A DNA stretch of 64,000 nt from Eledone cirrhosa (Eukaryota). Location: positions 136,435,334-136,499,333 of the forward strand of contig OZ024744.1 in the NCBI GenBank assembly GCA_964016885.1, in the 5' to 3' direction. Positions 26,837-40,600 of this stretch are shown here, piece after piece. The notes under the pieces were generated by a model that worked only from the letters and a program-made list of their open reading frames with translations, ran no database searches and was not told the origin of the DNA. Positions within the stretch are counted from its first letter, which is position 1, and each line of letters starts with the position of its first letter. Both the position numbers and the translations under genes were made by a program.

Positions 26837-27951
26837 CTAGCTAGAAAAATGCGTACAGCAAAAAAAAGTAATATTGTTGGAACAAACCTTTAAAAATACA
26901 GGACAAGGAAGTAAGATAAACCTTTAAAAATACAGGACAAAGAACTAAGATAAAACTTTAAAAGAATAGGACAAGGAATATAAATTTTTACAATAATATT
27001 AGTGGCAAAATTCAATTGGTAAAAAATTGAGTTTCCATCATTACACCAATTACAACTATGATGTTCCGCATGCATCCACTCCAACCATGATCACTTGTCT
27101 GTCATCTTTCCCGGTCCAACTCCTCGCGAATGACCCGGCGCAACTCGGACTGGGTCGGAGCAGGAACTGGAGGGGGAGAGGGAGGGGTACGGGTCTTGAC
27201 TCTGGGACGATGACGGCGAGTGACCAAGGTGAATGGGCCCGTGTTCGACTCGGAATCCTGCTGGTCCTCGATGACACTTTGAGGCACGGTTGACGGTTCC
27301 GGACTGGCTTCATGGGCAGTGGTAGAAGGGCAGGTGGATAGGGCAGAGTGCTTCTTCCTGGGAGAGCACTTGAAGCAGGTGAAGCCGGCGCCGGACTCGT
27401 TGAACCACTTCCAGACAGCACTGGGCATGTTGGCGCAGCAATGATGAAAGTTGAAGCAGGCGACGAGGGGGGAGGAGGTGGAGGCGTTGGTGCAGGAGCA
27501 ACAGACTGCTGATTTGGGAGTCATTGTAGCTGGGGGATGCAGGCGCTGAGGGGGCTCGAGTAGAAGGGAAGAACAGAAATGAACCATGATGACTTTTCCT
27601 ACATTTTTCCTGGCCCACTTCCTCATGAACCAATGAACCAGTTGGTACAACTCGGACTTGGAGGAGGAACACAAGACAGGGATCAATTTCATTGTATTGA
27701 TATTTCTCATTAAGTAATTTCATGTTACTCAAATAAATCACTTTTATTTGATCAATTATCTATTTTTCCAATAAAATTTTTGCCACTAATATTATTGTAA
27801 AAATTTATATTCCTTGTCCTATTCTTTTAAAGTTTTATCTTAGTTCTTTGTCCTGTATTTTTAAAGGTTTATCTTACTTCCTTGTCCTGTATTTTTAAAG
27901 GTTTGTTCCAACAATATTACTTTTTTTTGCTGTACGCATTTTTCTAGCTAG
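26837..27951. repeat. 3'-terminal foldback of A2: ~175-bp near-perfect inverted arms enclosing a ~760-bp spacer
   Basis: CTAGCTAGAAAAATGCGTACAGC... (26837-~27011) and ...GCTGTACGCATTTTTCTAGCTAG (~27776-27951). Confidence 0.95.
27060..27524 (-). pseudogene. PHD-finger fragment resembling the N-terminus of a CR1/Jockey-group LINE ORF1, inside the A2 foldback loop
   Basis: MTPKSAVCCSC...C..FHHCC...WKWF....FTCFKC, then a Pro-rich linker and IREELDRER followed (after a frameshift) by RQVIMVGV. Confidence 0.5.
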
Positions 27952-28424
27952 TTTCCTATTTTTCAAGGCAATGCAAACAACAACTACTTAATTAAATAGT
28001 TATTACTTTAGTTACTTCTATCAAAAAATCCCAAAAATGATGTTAATGAAAACTATAGGTGAAAGTGAAGCTATTCTTTTGTGACCTCTTAGTTACTTGT
28101 ACCAATTTTGAATTTAATTCAAGCTACAGTGTCAGCCTGTGCATTGGAGTCACAGAAATAAGTTGAGATATTTTATCTAATTGGTACAAGCATCCACTCC
28201 ACATGGCGGGGACATAGGTCAGATCGTGGAGCACTCACCTATCTTAAAAATATTAACTTATGATAAATAAGAGTCATTTAAGAAAATACAATTTTTTTAA
28301 ATTAGTAGGTGAGCATTAACAACTGAATCTAAATGGAGCAAATTTGCACCATTTGCATTTAGTTGAAAATAACATTTTAATTAAACATGACAAATTCTAA
28401 TGCAATAGAAGGCAAATATCAATT

Positions 28425-28760
28425 TTCACATGCAAATTTTTTTGGGATTTTTTTCACGCGCGCCATTTTTGGTCGATTTTTTGTCAATTTTTCACATGCA
28501 AATTTTTTTGGGTTTTTTTGATTTTTTTTTCACGCGCGCCACTTTTGTCGATTTTTTGTCAATTTTTCACATGATAATTTTTTTTTGGATTTTTGGATTT
28601 TCTTCACGCACGCCATTTTTGTCGATTTTTTTTGTCAATTTTTCACATGATAATTTTTTGGGGATTTTTGTATTTTCTTCACGCGCGCCATTTTTTGTCG
28701 ATTTTTCATATGCAAATTTTTTGATTTTCTTCTCACACGCCATTTTTGTCGATTTCATCA
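28425..28760. repeat. Degenerate ~60-70-bp T-rich tandem repeat (paralog at ~36975-37110)
   Basis: Recurrent TTTTCACATG...CACGCGCGCCATTTTT...GTCGATTTTT units. Confidence 0.75.
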
Positions 28761-29334
28761 TTTGAGTGTTCATAGTCCAAAAACAACTGTATTGCATTTT
28801 CGCGCCAGGCAAAAAAGTAATAAGCCGATCAAAAAGCCGCGAAACGTATATGGTGACTTTTTTCGAAAGCCGCGAAACGTATGAAGTGACCTTTTGCGAT
28901 TTTTTTTGCGACCATTTTGGCGAGACTTTTGCAGGGAAACAAATTTTTCATTTGTAATAGTCAAAATAAATAAGCCGATAAAAAAGCCGAGAGACGTCAT
29001 TTTCATATGTCAAATGAGCACACTATTCGCACCTATCGCAAATGAGTTCACTACTCGCACCTATCGGTACAAAAAATAGCACAACTATTCACAACTATTA
29101 GTACAAATCCAAATGATTTTCTGAATTTCTAGTATATCAATCAGCGACTGCTTTGAAAGAGAACAATGCAGTGAGTGATTACTCATTTGAATATAAATAG
29201 AAGACAACCTCAACTAGTTTGCAACGTGTGACCACTTATCGCGAGATAGGAGAACATAATAGCTCCTAATTAGCTCAATGATTAATGTTTACTGCCACAT
29301 TGTATCAACATTTAAAATTCAAATTCAAAAAAAT

Positions 29335-29903
29335 AACCGCAGTCACTGGGGGGGGGGGTTCAAATAACCATCGCACCCCGAATAACCGCAGTCACTAGGG
29401 GGGGTTCGAATAAGACCCTCACCCCAAATAACAGCAGTCACTGGGGGAGGGTTCGAATAAGCGCCTCACCCCGAATAATCGCAGTCACTGTGGGGGGGGG
29501 GGTTCGAATAAGCGCCGCACCCCGAATAACCGCAGTCACTGTGGGGGGGGGGGGGGGGGTTCGAATAAGCGCCTCACCCCGAATAATCGCAGTCACTGGG
29601 GGAGGGTTCGAATAAGCGCCGCACCCCGAATAACCGCAGTCACTGGGGGGAGGGTTCGAATAAGCGCCGCACCCCGAATAATCGCAGTCACTGGGGGGAG
29701 GGTTCGAATAAGCGCCGCACCCCGAATAACCGCAGTCACTGGGGGGAGGGTTCGAATAAGCGCCGCACCCCGAATAATCGCAGTCACTGGGGGGAGGGTT
29801 CGAATAAGCGGGGGGGGGGGGGGGGGGTTCGAATAAGCGTCTCACCCCGAATAATCGCAGTCACTGGGGGAGGGTTCGAATAAGCGCCGCACCCCGAATA
29901 ACC
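29335..29903. repeat. 47-48-bp G-rich minisatellite inside A2
   Basis: Unit GAATAAYCGCAGTCACTGGGGGGAGGGTTCGAATAAGCGCCGCACCCC, about 11 copies with variable G-runs. Confidence 0.92.
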
Positions 29904-30206
29904 CCTTATCCTCCTCTGACCGGTCCCAAGAGATGCATCAAATGCACAGAGCGTCACCCTTACTCACTCACTTACTCACTTGAACACAGTTTTTTTCAGC
30001 AAACTTTGATCATAACTTTTTTTTGTGCTGAACGAAATTTCGAGATTTTTAGCTTAAGAGATGTGCAATGATTTACTCTCCATGCTCATATAACTTTCAT
30101 GTGATTTTGATAATCGGAAGACATTCTAATAATGCTGTAAAGAGACGATTGCCAACAAAATCACTAAGACAACAATATTACTAAACCGACTACCGTCGGT
30201 TTAGGA

Positions 30207-31146
<940 letters not shown>

Positions 31147-31987
31147 ACAGAGCGTCACCCTTACTCACTCACTTACTCACTTGAACACAGTTTTTTTCAG
31201 CAAACTTTGATCATAACTTTTTTTGTGCTGAACGAAATTTCGAGATTTTTAGCTTAAGAGATGTGCAATGATTTACTCTCCATGCTCATATAACTTTCAT
31301 GTGATTTTGATAATCGGAAGACATTCTAATAATGCTGTAAAGAGACGATTGCCAACGAAATCACTAAGACAACAATATTACTAAACCGACTACCGTCGGT
31401 TTAGGATACAGTCCCCGTGTCACAAAGTTTTGATGCCAGTAGAGGATCATTTTCGAATTTCATTGAGAACAGTACCACCATGAGATCAAACTGGATTGAT
31501 TCCCATTTGAAATCTCTCTCTTTGCAAAAAGTTGACAATCTATCAAAAAATAGCATTGTAAACTTTAATCAAATATGTATGGGATATGTTTACTTAAATG
31601 GGTCTTTTTCTGCCAAAATGTGGCAGTTGGTCATTTCTTCCATAAAATAGGGTCTTGATGTACTTATAAGCATGTTCAACTGTGATGAATGAACATTCCA
31701 ATAAATTCAGTGGACTGTTTAATTTGCTCATATTGGACTAGACATGAAAAATGCGCAAGCTCAAAAGTGCCACAGAATGTTATAATAAACCTTCAAAAGT
31801 GTGGGACTAGAGTTGTTGCTAAAAAATATTGTAATCATTATATATCGTACATTCTGTGGCATCCTTTATAAAAATAGCTTAAACCAACGAAGCCTTTATT
31901 TTTACGCTATTTCACTTAGTTAATTCTTAGAGTGTAACATATAAAAATATGATTTACAACTATAAAATAAATTAATTAATATAATAA

Positions 31988-32075
31988 CAGAGCTGCGGAG
32001 CTGAAATTTAGGAAATAATGGAGTATCGGATCCTGAGTTGGAGCCAGTCAATTTTTGACCGACTCCGCAGCCCTG
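31988..32075. mobile_element. Tiny hAT-like MITE in the family B foldback loop (also at ~50144-50231 and ~58927-59014)
   Basis: TIR CAGAGCTGCGGAG.../...CTCCGCAGCCCTG, flanked by a near 8-bp duplication TATAATAA/TATAATAC. Confidence 0.6.
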
Positions 32076-33244
32076 TATAATACATTTCATATTAAAGTTA
32101 TTAATAAACCTATTTTACACTTCATGCAAATTACCACGAGATATTGATATTAGATATAAGATACAGCGCAATATCTACAGCTGTAAAAGTACGAAAGCGA
32201 AGTAATAATAAGTGGCTTAAGGTAATTCCAATATGAAAGTTTGTAGTGATAAAAATTTGATAATGCAATACGATTGTTAATATTATAGTTCTATGAAAAT
32301 GTAACAATAGATAACTAAATTATTTTACTATTAGTATATTTAAGAAATTATCATTATAGATTTGATCGTTCATATAAGCATCATATTAAGTTTCAACACA
32401 ATTATTTTGTTACTATGAGTATATGATAATAATATTACGTAATTATTTATAGCTGTTATTACATTAAACATAGATGTATTTATTTTTATATGTTACACTC
32501 TAAGAATTAACTAAGTGAAATAGCGTAAAAATAAAGGCTTCGTTGGTTTAAGCTATTTTTATAAAGGATGCCACAGAATGTACGATATATAATGATTACA
32601 ATATTTTTTAGCAACAACTCTAGTCCCACACTTTTGAAGGTTTATTATAACATTCTGTGGCACTTTTGAGCTTGCGCATTTTTCATGTCTAGTTTAATAT
32701 TTTTTTAAGGCAACGCTTGTAATAACTCTAGTTAAACAGGATATATATTAATAATAAATTATCGTTGTAATGTAATTAGATTATGTAATTGTTATTATAA
32801 ATTATCTTATAAATATTAGTGTAAGATGTATAAAAATATTTTCAGACTTTTAATATAAACAACTACAAAAAACAATCAATATTAAATCAATATATTATAC
32901 ATAATAGAAAACATAAAATATACAATACAAAAACAAAATATTTACATACAATTGCAATTATCAGTGTATATACATTTTCTTTATATTCCCTGAGCAAATT
33001 AATAAGATTTGTTTTTATTGTACATAATTTGATGACTTGTTGGAGTGTATTAAAAGATAGCAACAATTTGTGATTAAATTGTTATCTTAAGCAACTCACT
33101 TTTTAATAGTTGTTGGCTGAGCGAAATTGTAAAAGCCTATGAGCAAATATAAAAAAAAATACACAAACAACATTTCCTTGTGTTATTACAACATTAGATA
33201 AAATAATTGAGCAATGTCGTTATATTTTGCTCTTATTGCACATT

Positions 33245-33420
33245 AATAGTGTTTCTATTTTTCGGCACAAATCCATTACGGCAGTCCATTACTGGTACTT
33301 TATTTTATCGAATTAGTAAGTATGAAAGTCGAAGTTAACCTCGGCAGGATTTGAACTTAGAATGCAAAGGACCATAACAATACTGCAAAGCATGGTGTCT
33401 GACGCTCTACCAATACTTGT
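33245..33420 (-). mobile_element. Older degenerate SINE of the same family as 34141-34326
   Basis: Shared core ACTGGTACTTTATTTTATCG...AAAGTCGAAGTTAACCTCGGCAGGATTTGAAC. Confidence 0.7.
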
Positions 33421-33807
33421 GTTGAGCTGGTCATTAATTTATGGTGGTCGTGCGTGGAGTAGAGCAATCGCTAGTTGAAATATTATGAACAAAACATTTT
33501 TATTTGCCGAAGAACATATTTTCAATACTGTTTGTGAATGTGACGAAGGAAATACATTCTGATATGGAACAGTGTACAAAGTGTGTCTGTGAATAACATA
33601 ATGTTACCTCATGTTGTTGTCAAGACATAATGGATTTCGTTTATCCAGTTAGAAGATGAAACCTAGCCATCTCGGATTAGTTATATTTCATGCCATGTGT
33701 AAACGTGTTTGAGGATAGCAAAATATGCGCGTTAATTATAATAATTAGTTAATAATATTACAAAATATACCTAATTAAACTCTTTGCTTGAAATTTTATC
33801 ATTCTTC

Positions 33808-33916
<109 letters not shown>

Positions 33917-34140
33917 TCTAGTCCTTCGCTCAAGATTAATCTATAAGTTTAGATGTTTGCCTTCGTTTAAGTAAATATTACAGTAAGATTTTTAATATAA
34001 ACAACTGCAAAAAACAATTAATATTAAAACGAAAAAATTATCAATGATAAAAGAAGCGGATGCAACTTTTTTTTTTATAAAGTTATATTCCTGTTTCTTT
34101 AAAGAACATTTCATTTTTGTTCTATTGTAGGCGAAATAAT

Positions 34141-34326
34141 TGTTTCTACTTTAGGCACAAGGCCAGCAAATTACCCAGTACATTACTGGTACTTTATTTT
34201 ATCGACCCCGTAAGGATGAAAGGCAAAGTTAACCTCGGCGGGATTTGAACTCAGACTGTAAAGGGACGTAACTATGCTAGAAAGCATGGCGTCCAACCCT
34301 CTACCGATACTGCCAATTCACCGCCC
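34141..34326 (-). mobile_element. tRNA-derived SINE with 15-bp TSD
   Basis: TSD TGTAGGCGAAATAAT at 34126-34140 and 34327-34341. The empty site is seen in the other B copies (~55236-55250). 5' GGGCGGTGAATTGGCAG A-box-like head and GAGTTCAAATCCC B-box-like motif. Confidence 0.9.
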
Positions 34327-35552
34327 TGTAGGCGAAATAATGCAATGGTTTAATAGGGAAGATATAACTTACGAATTATGTCTCTAACCGTGTAACGCTT
34401 TTTAAGTAGATAACTACAATTGAAAATACTAAAGAAATGGAACCAACAATTCAATTTGAAAGTCGTCTAGTGACAGTGTATTACTGGTACTTTATTTTAT
34501 CGACCCCGTAACGATGAAAGGCAAAAATGCAAATGCTTAAAATTTAAATTGCCTTAATTCTATCGTCTGCTGTTTCATTAAAGGGAGATTATCGTCTGTA
34601 TTTAATTCTATCGTCTACTGTTCCACTAAACAGATATACCTCCACTATCGTCTCTATTTATACATTTTAACTTATAACTTATACACATTTGATTTGAAAT
34701 ATTTTATCTAGTCCCCCCTCTCAATATTATGATGATTTCTTTCGAATGAAACAGTTCTAGTCCTGTAGAAGCCATTTATATATATAATTGAACTGAGTTA
34801 AAAATTCACAATATTTATAATTAAATAAGCTCATATATATATGTGTGTATTTATCTGTTTATTGTATTATATATAATGTGTGTATATACAGGATGTCCCC
34901 CAAAAATATATACACACTTCAACAGCATTCTAATAACTATTGCCTGTACAGGTAATCAAAGTGTCAATCGAATGTTAGTTTCGTGTTTTAACAGTACAAA
35001 TTTACAATACACACATAAAACCAGTGTATATACATACATGAGTGTGTATACACATACATGAATGTGTATATACAATATATATGTATATATATATATAGAC
35101 ACATGTATTCACGGTGCAACGGTACATTAAAATATAGATGCGGGAGAGGGGGTGTATATATAGGGGCGCTGGGGATAAAGGAGTGTAAAGCGTGTGTAAT
35201 TGATATATTGAAGGAGAGGAGCGTGCAGCGATAGAGTAACAAATATATAGAGAGGGGGAGAGATGGTATTGAAGGGGAGGAGTGCAAAGCGAAAGAGTAA
35301 GAGATATAAATAGAGACGGAACAGATAGAGAGAAACAGGCGTAAGTAACAGTGGAAGAGATATAGAGAGAGGTACTCTGATTGGTTGAAAATTAGCCAAT
35401 CACATACGATCACCACCACGGCTATCCCCGAAAAATTTTTAAAGAAGCTAGGCATATATGTTAGAACACGAAAAGTGAACATTCTGTGTTTCACACTTTT
35501 CGTGTTCTAACAGATAAAAACTGATACTGCTGTCTACGACCTTTATATAGGA

Positions 35553-36429
35553 CTAGCAGTAAAGCCCGGCGTTGCTCGGGGTCGCTCAGTAGCTGTGTTA
35601 AAGTTACAATGTTAAGTTTCTTTCTTGGCTTAAAAACTGTAGTGTCTACTGTGCAGACTTGCATGTGGTGTTTTTGATTAATATTCCCTCAACCAACAAT
35701 ATGCCTTATGAAGTTAAGAAAACATAACGATAACCCGAATGTTATAACAAAAGAGGATGCTGGGGATAGAAACTGCACTGGTTATTTATTAACAAAGATC
35801 GAAAATGTAAACACTGCAACGCAGAGAAAAACATTAGCGTAACCAAATTATCAGTTATGTCTGTCTGCACGCCTATATCACCTCTCTGCACGACTGTCTG
35901 TCTGCACGCCTATATCACCTCTCTGCACGACTGTCTGTCTGCACGCGTATATCACCTCTCTGCACGACTGTCTGTCTGCACGACTGTCTGTCTGCACGCC
36001 TAACGACGAAATATTTGCTTGTTTTACGTAGTCTTTAAATAGACTTGTTTTCAAGTAAAAATATTGTTTTAAAATGCTTTTAAATGGAAATGAAGCAAAA
36101 CGGAAGCTTAGTGTTCGAACTGATGAATTTTGCAGGTCAATATTTTGCTGGCTCGACAACTGTTAAAGCCAGCGTAATTTTTTACGTAAGACGCTCAATG
36201 TAAACAGAACAAAGGGAAATAACTGATAACTTACGCTCAAAAATCGATACATTATATTCGATTTCGTCACATAGGGTGGGTCAATTTGAAATTTTTTTTT
36301 TCCGATGTCTTCGCTAGGGCTCAATGTACAAGTATAGCAATTTCGGTGCAATTCCGTGAGAGATTCTAAGAGGAGATGTGTGCCAAAAATCGATAGACAG
36401 ACAGACAACCACAGTTTTATATATATAGA
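35553..36429 (-). mobile_element. Canonical short non-autonomous Helitron (family C) with internal 37-bp minisatellite
   Basis: 5' A|TCTATATATAT. 3' short GC hairpin (CCCGAGCAACGCCGGG) about 10 nt before CTAG|T. Minisatellite at ~35858-36000. Confidence 0.9.
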
Positions 36430-36654
36430 TTGTCATGTTTCTCTGTATCTGCAATGTGGGTATACAAAATAAGAATTATGTTATTAACTTTTATTTAAAA
36501 TCCCCCAAAATGCTGTGAATGAAAACTTCAAAAAGTAATTCTATTTCTATTGATGACCTCTTAGTTGCTCATACTAATTTTGTAAAAGATTTCAAGCCAA
36601 TAATCAGAATGATCTGGTATAATTTTTATGCAGATAAATGACTAATTAGTATAA

Positions 36655-36720
36655 AGGGCCATCCAGATATCATGTGGACACCGCGAACCAAAAATGGTCA
36701 CATGATATCTGGATGGCTCC
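36655..36720. mobile_element. 66-bp palindromic micro-MITE, PIF/Harbinger-like
   Basis: 19-bp inverted repeat GCCATCCAGATATCATGTG/CACATGATATCTGGATGGC, TAA on both sides, absent from the paralogous A2 site (~28185). Confidence 0.6.
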
Positions 36721-37679
36721 TAAGCATCCCCTCCACATGGCGGGGACATGGGTCATCGTCGTGGAGTACTCACCTATTTTTTAAATATTAGACTATGATA
36801 AATGAATTTAGTTAAAAATACAATTTGAAATATATTAGATAATATTTAGTAGGTGAGCATTAACAACTGAATCTAAATGGTGCAATTACACCATTTGCAT
36901 TTAGTTGAAAATTACATTTTAATTAGACATGACAATAAATGTGACAAATTTTACACAATACAAAGCAAATGTCAATTTTCACATGCAAGTTTTTTTGAGG
37001 TTTTTTTGATTTTTTTCACACACAGCATTTTTGTCAATTTTCACATGCAAACTTTTTTAGGGATTTTTTTCACGCGCGCCATTTTTTTTTGATTTTTCAC
37101 ATGAATTTTTTCGGAGATTAATTACAAATTTTATGTGCATTTTTTACAATTTTTCGCATGTATATTATTTGTTTGCTTATGATGTGGCTTGCTTGTTGCT
37201 TGTTTTGTTTCACCTGATTTGACTGTTCATATTTATTTTAAAAATCCACCCCCCAAGTCCAAGTTGTGACCAAGAAATTTAATAGTGAAGAATTGCCAGT
37301 AAAGATGTGTAACTCCATTAGACATACATATAAATGTTTATAATATAAAATGTTACATTTTGGCAGACAACAGATACATTGGATAGACCTACTGCATACT
37401 TCGGCACTATCCTCTGACACTGTAGCTTGACAAATGTAACAAATTTCCTGTAGTACTACATATAAATGAAAAATTGCTCATGTTACAAAACAACAGTTAC
37501 ATTGGACAGACCTACTGCATACTTCGGCACTGTCCTCTGACACAGTTGCTTGACAAATGAAACAAATTTTTCATATAGTAGTACAGATTTTTATACTCTA
37601 TATTATTTTAATGTCTAATAGAGTTCACTTGGATGTGTAGGAAAGAGCATTCTGGAGTGATATTGGACCTATATTTTTT

Positions 37680-40600
37680 TTTAAAAAAGTAAAACAATAT
37701 TTGGCAATTTAGGTGGAAATTTTGGGTGCCTTTTGGTTATGCACGTGTCACTAATTTCATCCCATTTGTGAATTAAACAAGTTTGTGAATTAAACAAGTG
37801 TAATGACCTCCTGATGTGGAACCTAATGTGTGAACAATTGCTGATTGAAGTTGGAAATTGGTACCAAAAAACTGCTGGCGTTTTGAACTGAAATTCAATA
37901 AATCACAATGTATTTGAGTTTCTTGACCACTGGTTATGAGGAATCGGTTGATTGATACTACAAGGCAGTGCATTGTGGGTTGGAAATCTCTCCTGATGGT
38001 TGTTTTGTGCTCTGTATTGTCACATTGTTTTATTATGGTGTCATTTGATACAAGTAAAGTACGAAACTGTTGAGGGCCTTGAATAGGATGCAATGTCAAG
38101 TCTGTTTGAATTTCTGGTGTTTTGTGAGTTTCGAGTCCACATCCAGGTCTATGTGTGCAAGTACAAATTTGATCATTCAAACGTGGGCATTCATTTTCAT
38201 GACTTTTAGTGCATCTTAGTGTTTCATTCACTTGCAATTGGAATATTTGCTGTGCATTTGGTGGAAAATGTGGGTAGATATTTTTCCAAAAATCATGGGC
38301 ACATTTCTGAGCACCATCATTAAATCTCCCCCCAATTAATCTTCGCAGAATTGAAACATCCCGATCCCCTGGTGTGACAATATTTGTTATTTCCTGAACA
38401 ACTGGACTGAGTAATTGGGTAGACAACAAAGTTTCCCAAAGTTTGGGCAATTGGGCAATAGCTTGAAGTGTGGAATTGGCAAAACAGGCATTTTCCTTAT
38501 TTTGTAGTCTAATCATGGGAGTGAGCATGGAAATTGTAGCTAATTTAGGTTTTTTGGTAGGAGGAGCATATTCAGAAGGGTTGTCCACATTCAACATTCG
38601 CCTTGATCGTTTTTTTGGCATGCAAGATTCAGAAGCCATGCATGGTGGTTTATTTCTACATGGTCCAAGTGGAGGCAATTTTGTTGTAGAACGCAATTTG
38701 TTGTACTCTTCCCAAGCAGATTTGTCACACATGATCAGGGTTCGAGGGTCAAAATCTATCAAATAGACATTGCAGAGTTTCCTAGCTCGTGAAAGTGCAA
38801 CATAGGCCATTCCATCTGCGAACACCAGAGGACCAAGATCAGCAATGACCCCATCAACACTTATTCCCTGTGATTTATGGATGGTGATGGCATCGGCAAG
38901 GCTTAGGGGGAACTGTTTTTATGTCACATACACACCAGGAGAGATTTCATAGTCTGCAGTCACCTTTTCTATTGAAATGTCATTGCCTATCATGTGATCA
39001 AATTCCACAATGATTTGTCCCATTTTCCCATCTTTTCCATTGACCATGCTTTGCACTGTTCCCATGACACCATTACATAGCCCCTTCACCAAATTAATGT
39101 TTCGTCTCAGCATTACTCTGGCCCCAACTCCAACTTGCAATTCAGTCTCAAGTCCAGCAGTGTCTGATGCCTTTTTTGGTTTGGAAAATTTGTTTGACTT
39201 TGACTTTTTTTTACGACCTTTCTGGCGCATTCCTGAGTCCTCAGCAATAACTACAACTGTACTGATGTTGGCATGCTTAAGCATTTCCTTGTTGAATTCA
39301 TCTACAGATTCATTGACAGGCAAAATACAGACAAATTTTTGACTAGGTAATGTGCAAAGTTGCATTAGTTTCTCAGTTGCCTCTCTCATTGTTGCCCTGC
39401 GATCTGGGAATAGGCAATGTTCACTCAAAGTATTGATGTCCATGTCTGTAGGTGATCCTATTCTTATTCGACCCAACATTTCAGAATAGTTTTCACTGTC
39501 ATTTTTTTGCCGCATGTTTATAGTGAGCTCATCATAGTCGAAAAATTTCCACAGTGACTGCCCACTTATTCCCAGACCAGTCCTTTTAGCATCATATGCA
39601 GAAATACTGGAAAAGACTGTTTTTTCATTTACTGGTGGAAGTTGAAGTAGATCGCCAAAAACCAGAATATTTATTTTTCCAAAAGGGCTGGTCATTTGAC
39701 TCTGGTCCCCCAAAATCTCATCTAGACGCCTATGGATAAATGCAAACATCAGATGACTGACCATACTTATTTCATCGATAATTATCAGACGGACACCCTC
39801 TAGAGTGGATCGCAAAATTTTGAGTTCATCACTTTCTAATTCCCTATATGATGGTGACTTTCCATGTTGGACTGGGAGTTTCAAGAGCCTGTGCAAAGTG
39901 GTCCCCTTGATTTGGAAAGCAGCCATACCAGTTGGTGCACAAATGACTACTGGGGCCCCATTTCTCTTGCAACAAATTTGAGTAACTTTGTCAGAAATTA
40001 TATCAATGAGAAAACTTTTTCCTGTACCTCCTACACCAGAGACAAATTTGAGAAATTGTGGGCAATCATCACATCTGCACCTTGGTAGTGGTTTTTCCGA
40101 ATTCCAATGCAATTCCTGTTTTTCAATTGCTGATACAATTAGATTGTATATGGATATTTGATCTGTATTAAGCTGTGTTTCTTTTGTCTGTAGAGCAGTT
40201 TCATCTACATCTCGAATTTGGGGAACATCAATACCAGCCTCATCTCTTGCCTCCTTCTCCCCCCCTTCTCTCCGTCCTTCTCCGACCTCTCCCTCCTTTT
40301 CACCCTCCTTCTCCAACCTCTTCCCCATCTCAACTGCATCAGTGATTTTTTCTTCACATTTTGAAAATTCACCATATCTGGCAAATTGTTTGCACACAGA
40401 TGAAAGGACTCTTCAAATGTTTTGCAGCCACCCAACAAATCTTTGTCCTCATCGCGCCAGGGTTTGAACAGCATTAGAAGATTGTGGTAATAACGTTCTT
40501 TTGTGTCATTTTTGAGCTGTATATTTGGTGCTTTAACTACCCGCTCTTTTACACTATGAAAATACCCCTTGTCATTGAGCAATTTCATTTTTGTAGCCAC

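Noticed and set aside
31950-32480. Invertible spacer between the inverted arms
   Set aside because: All three B copies have the loop in the same orientation relative to the element, so there is no evidence of inversion here.
34843-35494. Hydrophobic ORFs repeated at 49034-49884 and 55751-56394
   Set aside because: Low-complexity 5' region of Helitron B; frames differ among copies and no domain motifs are present.
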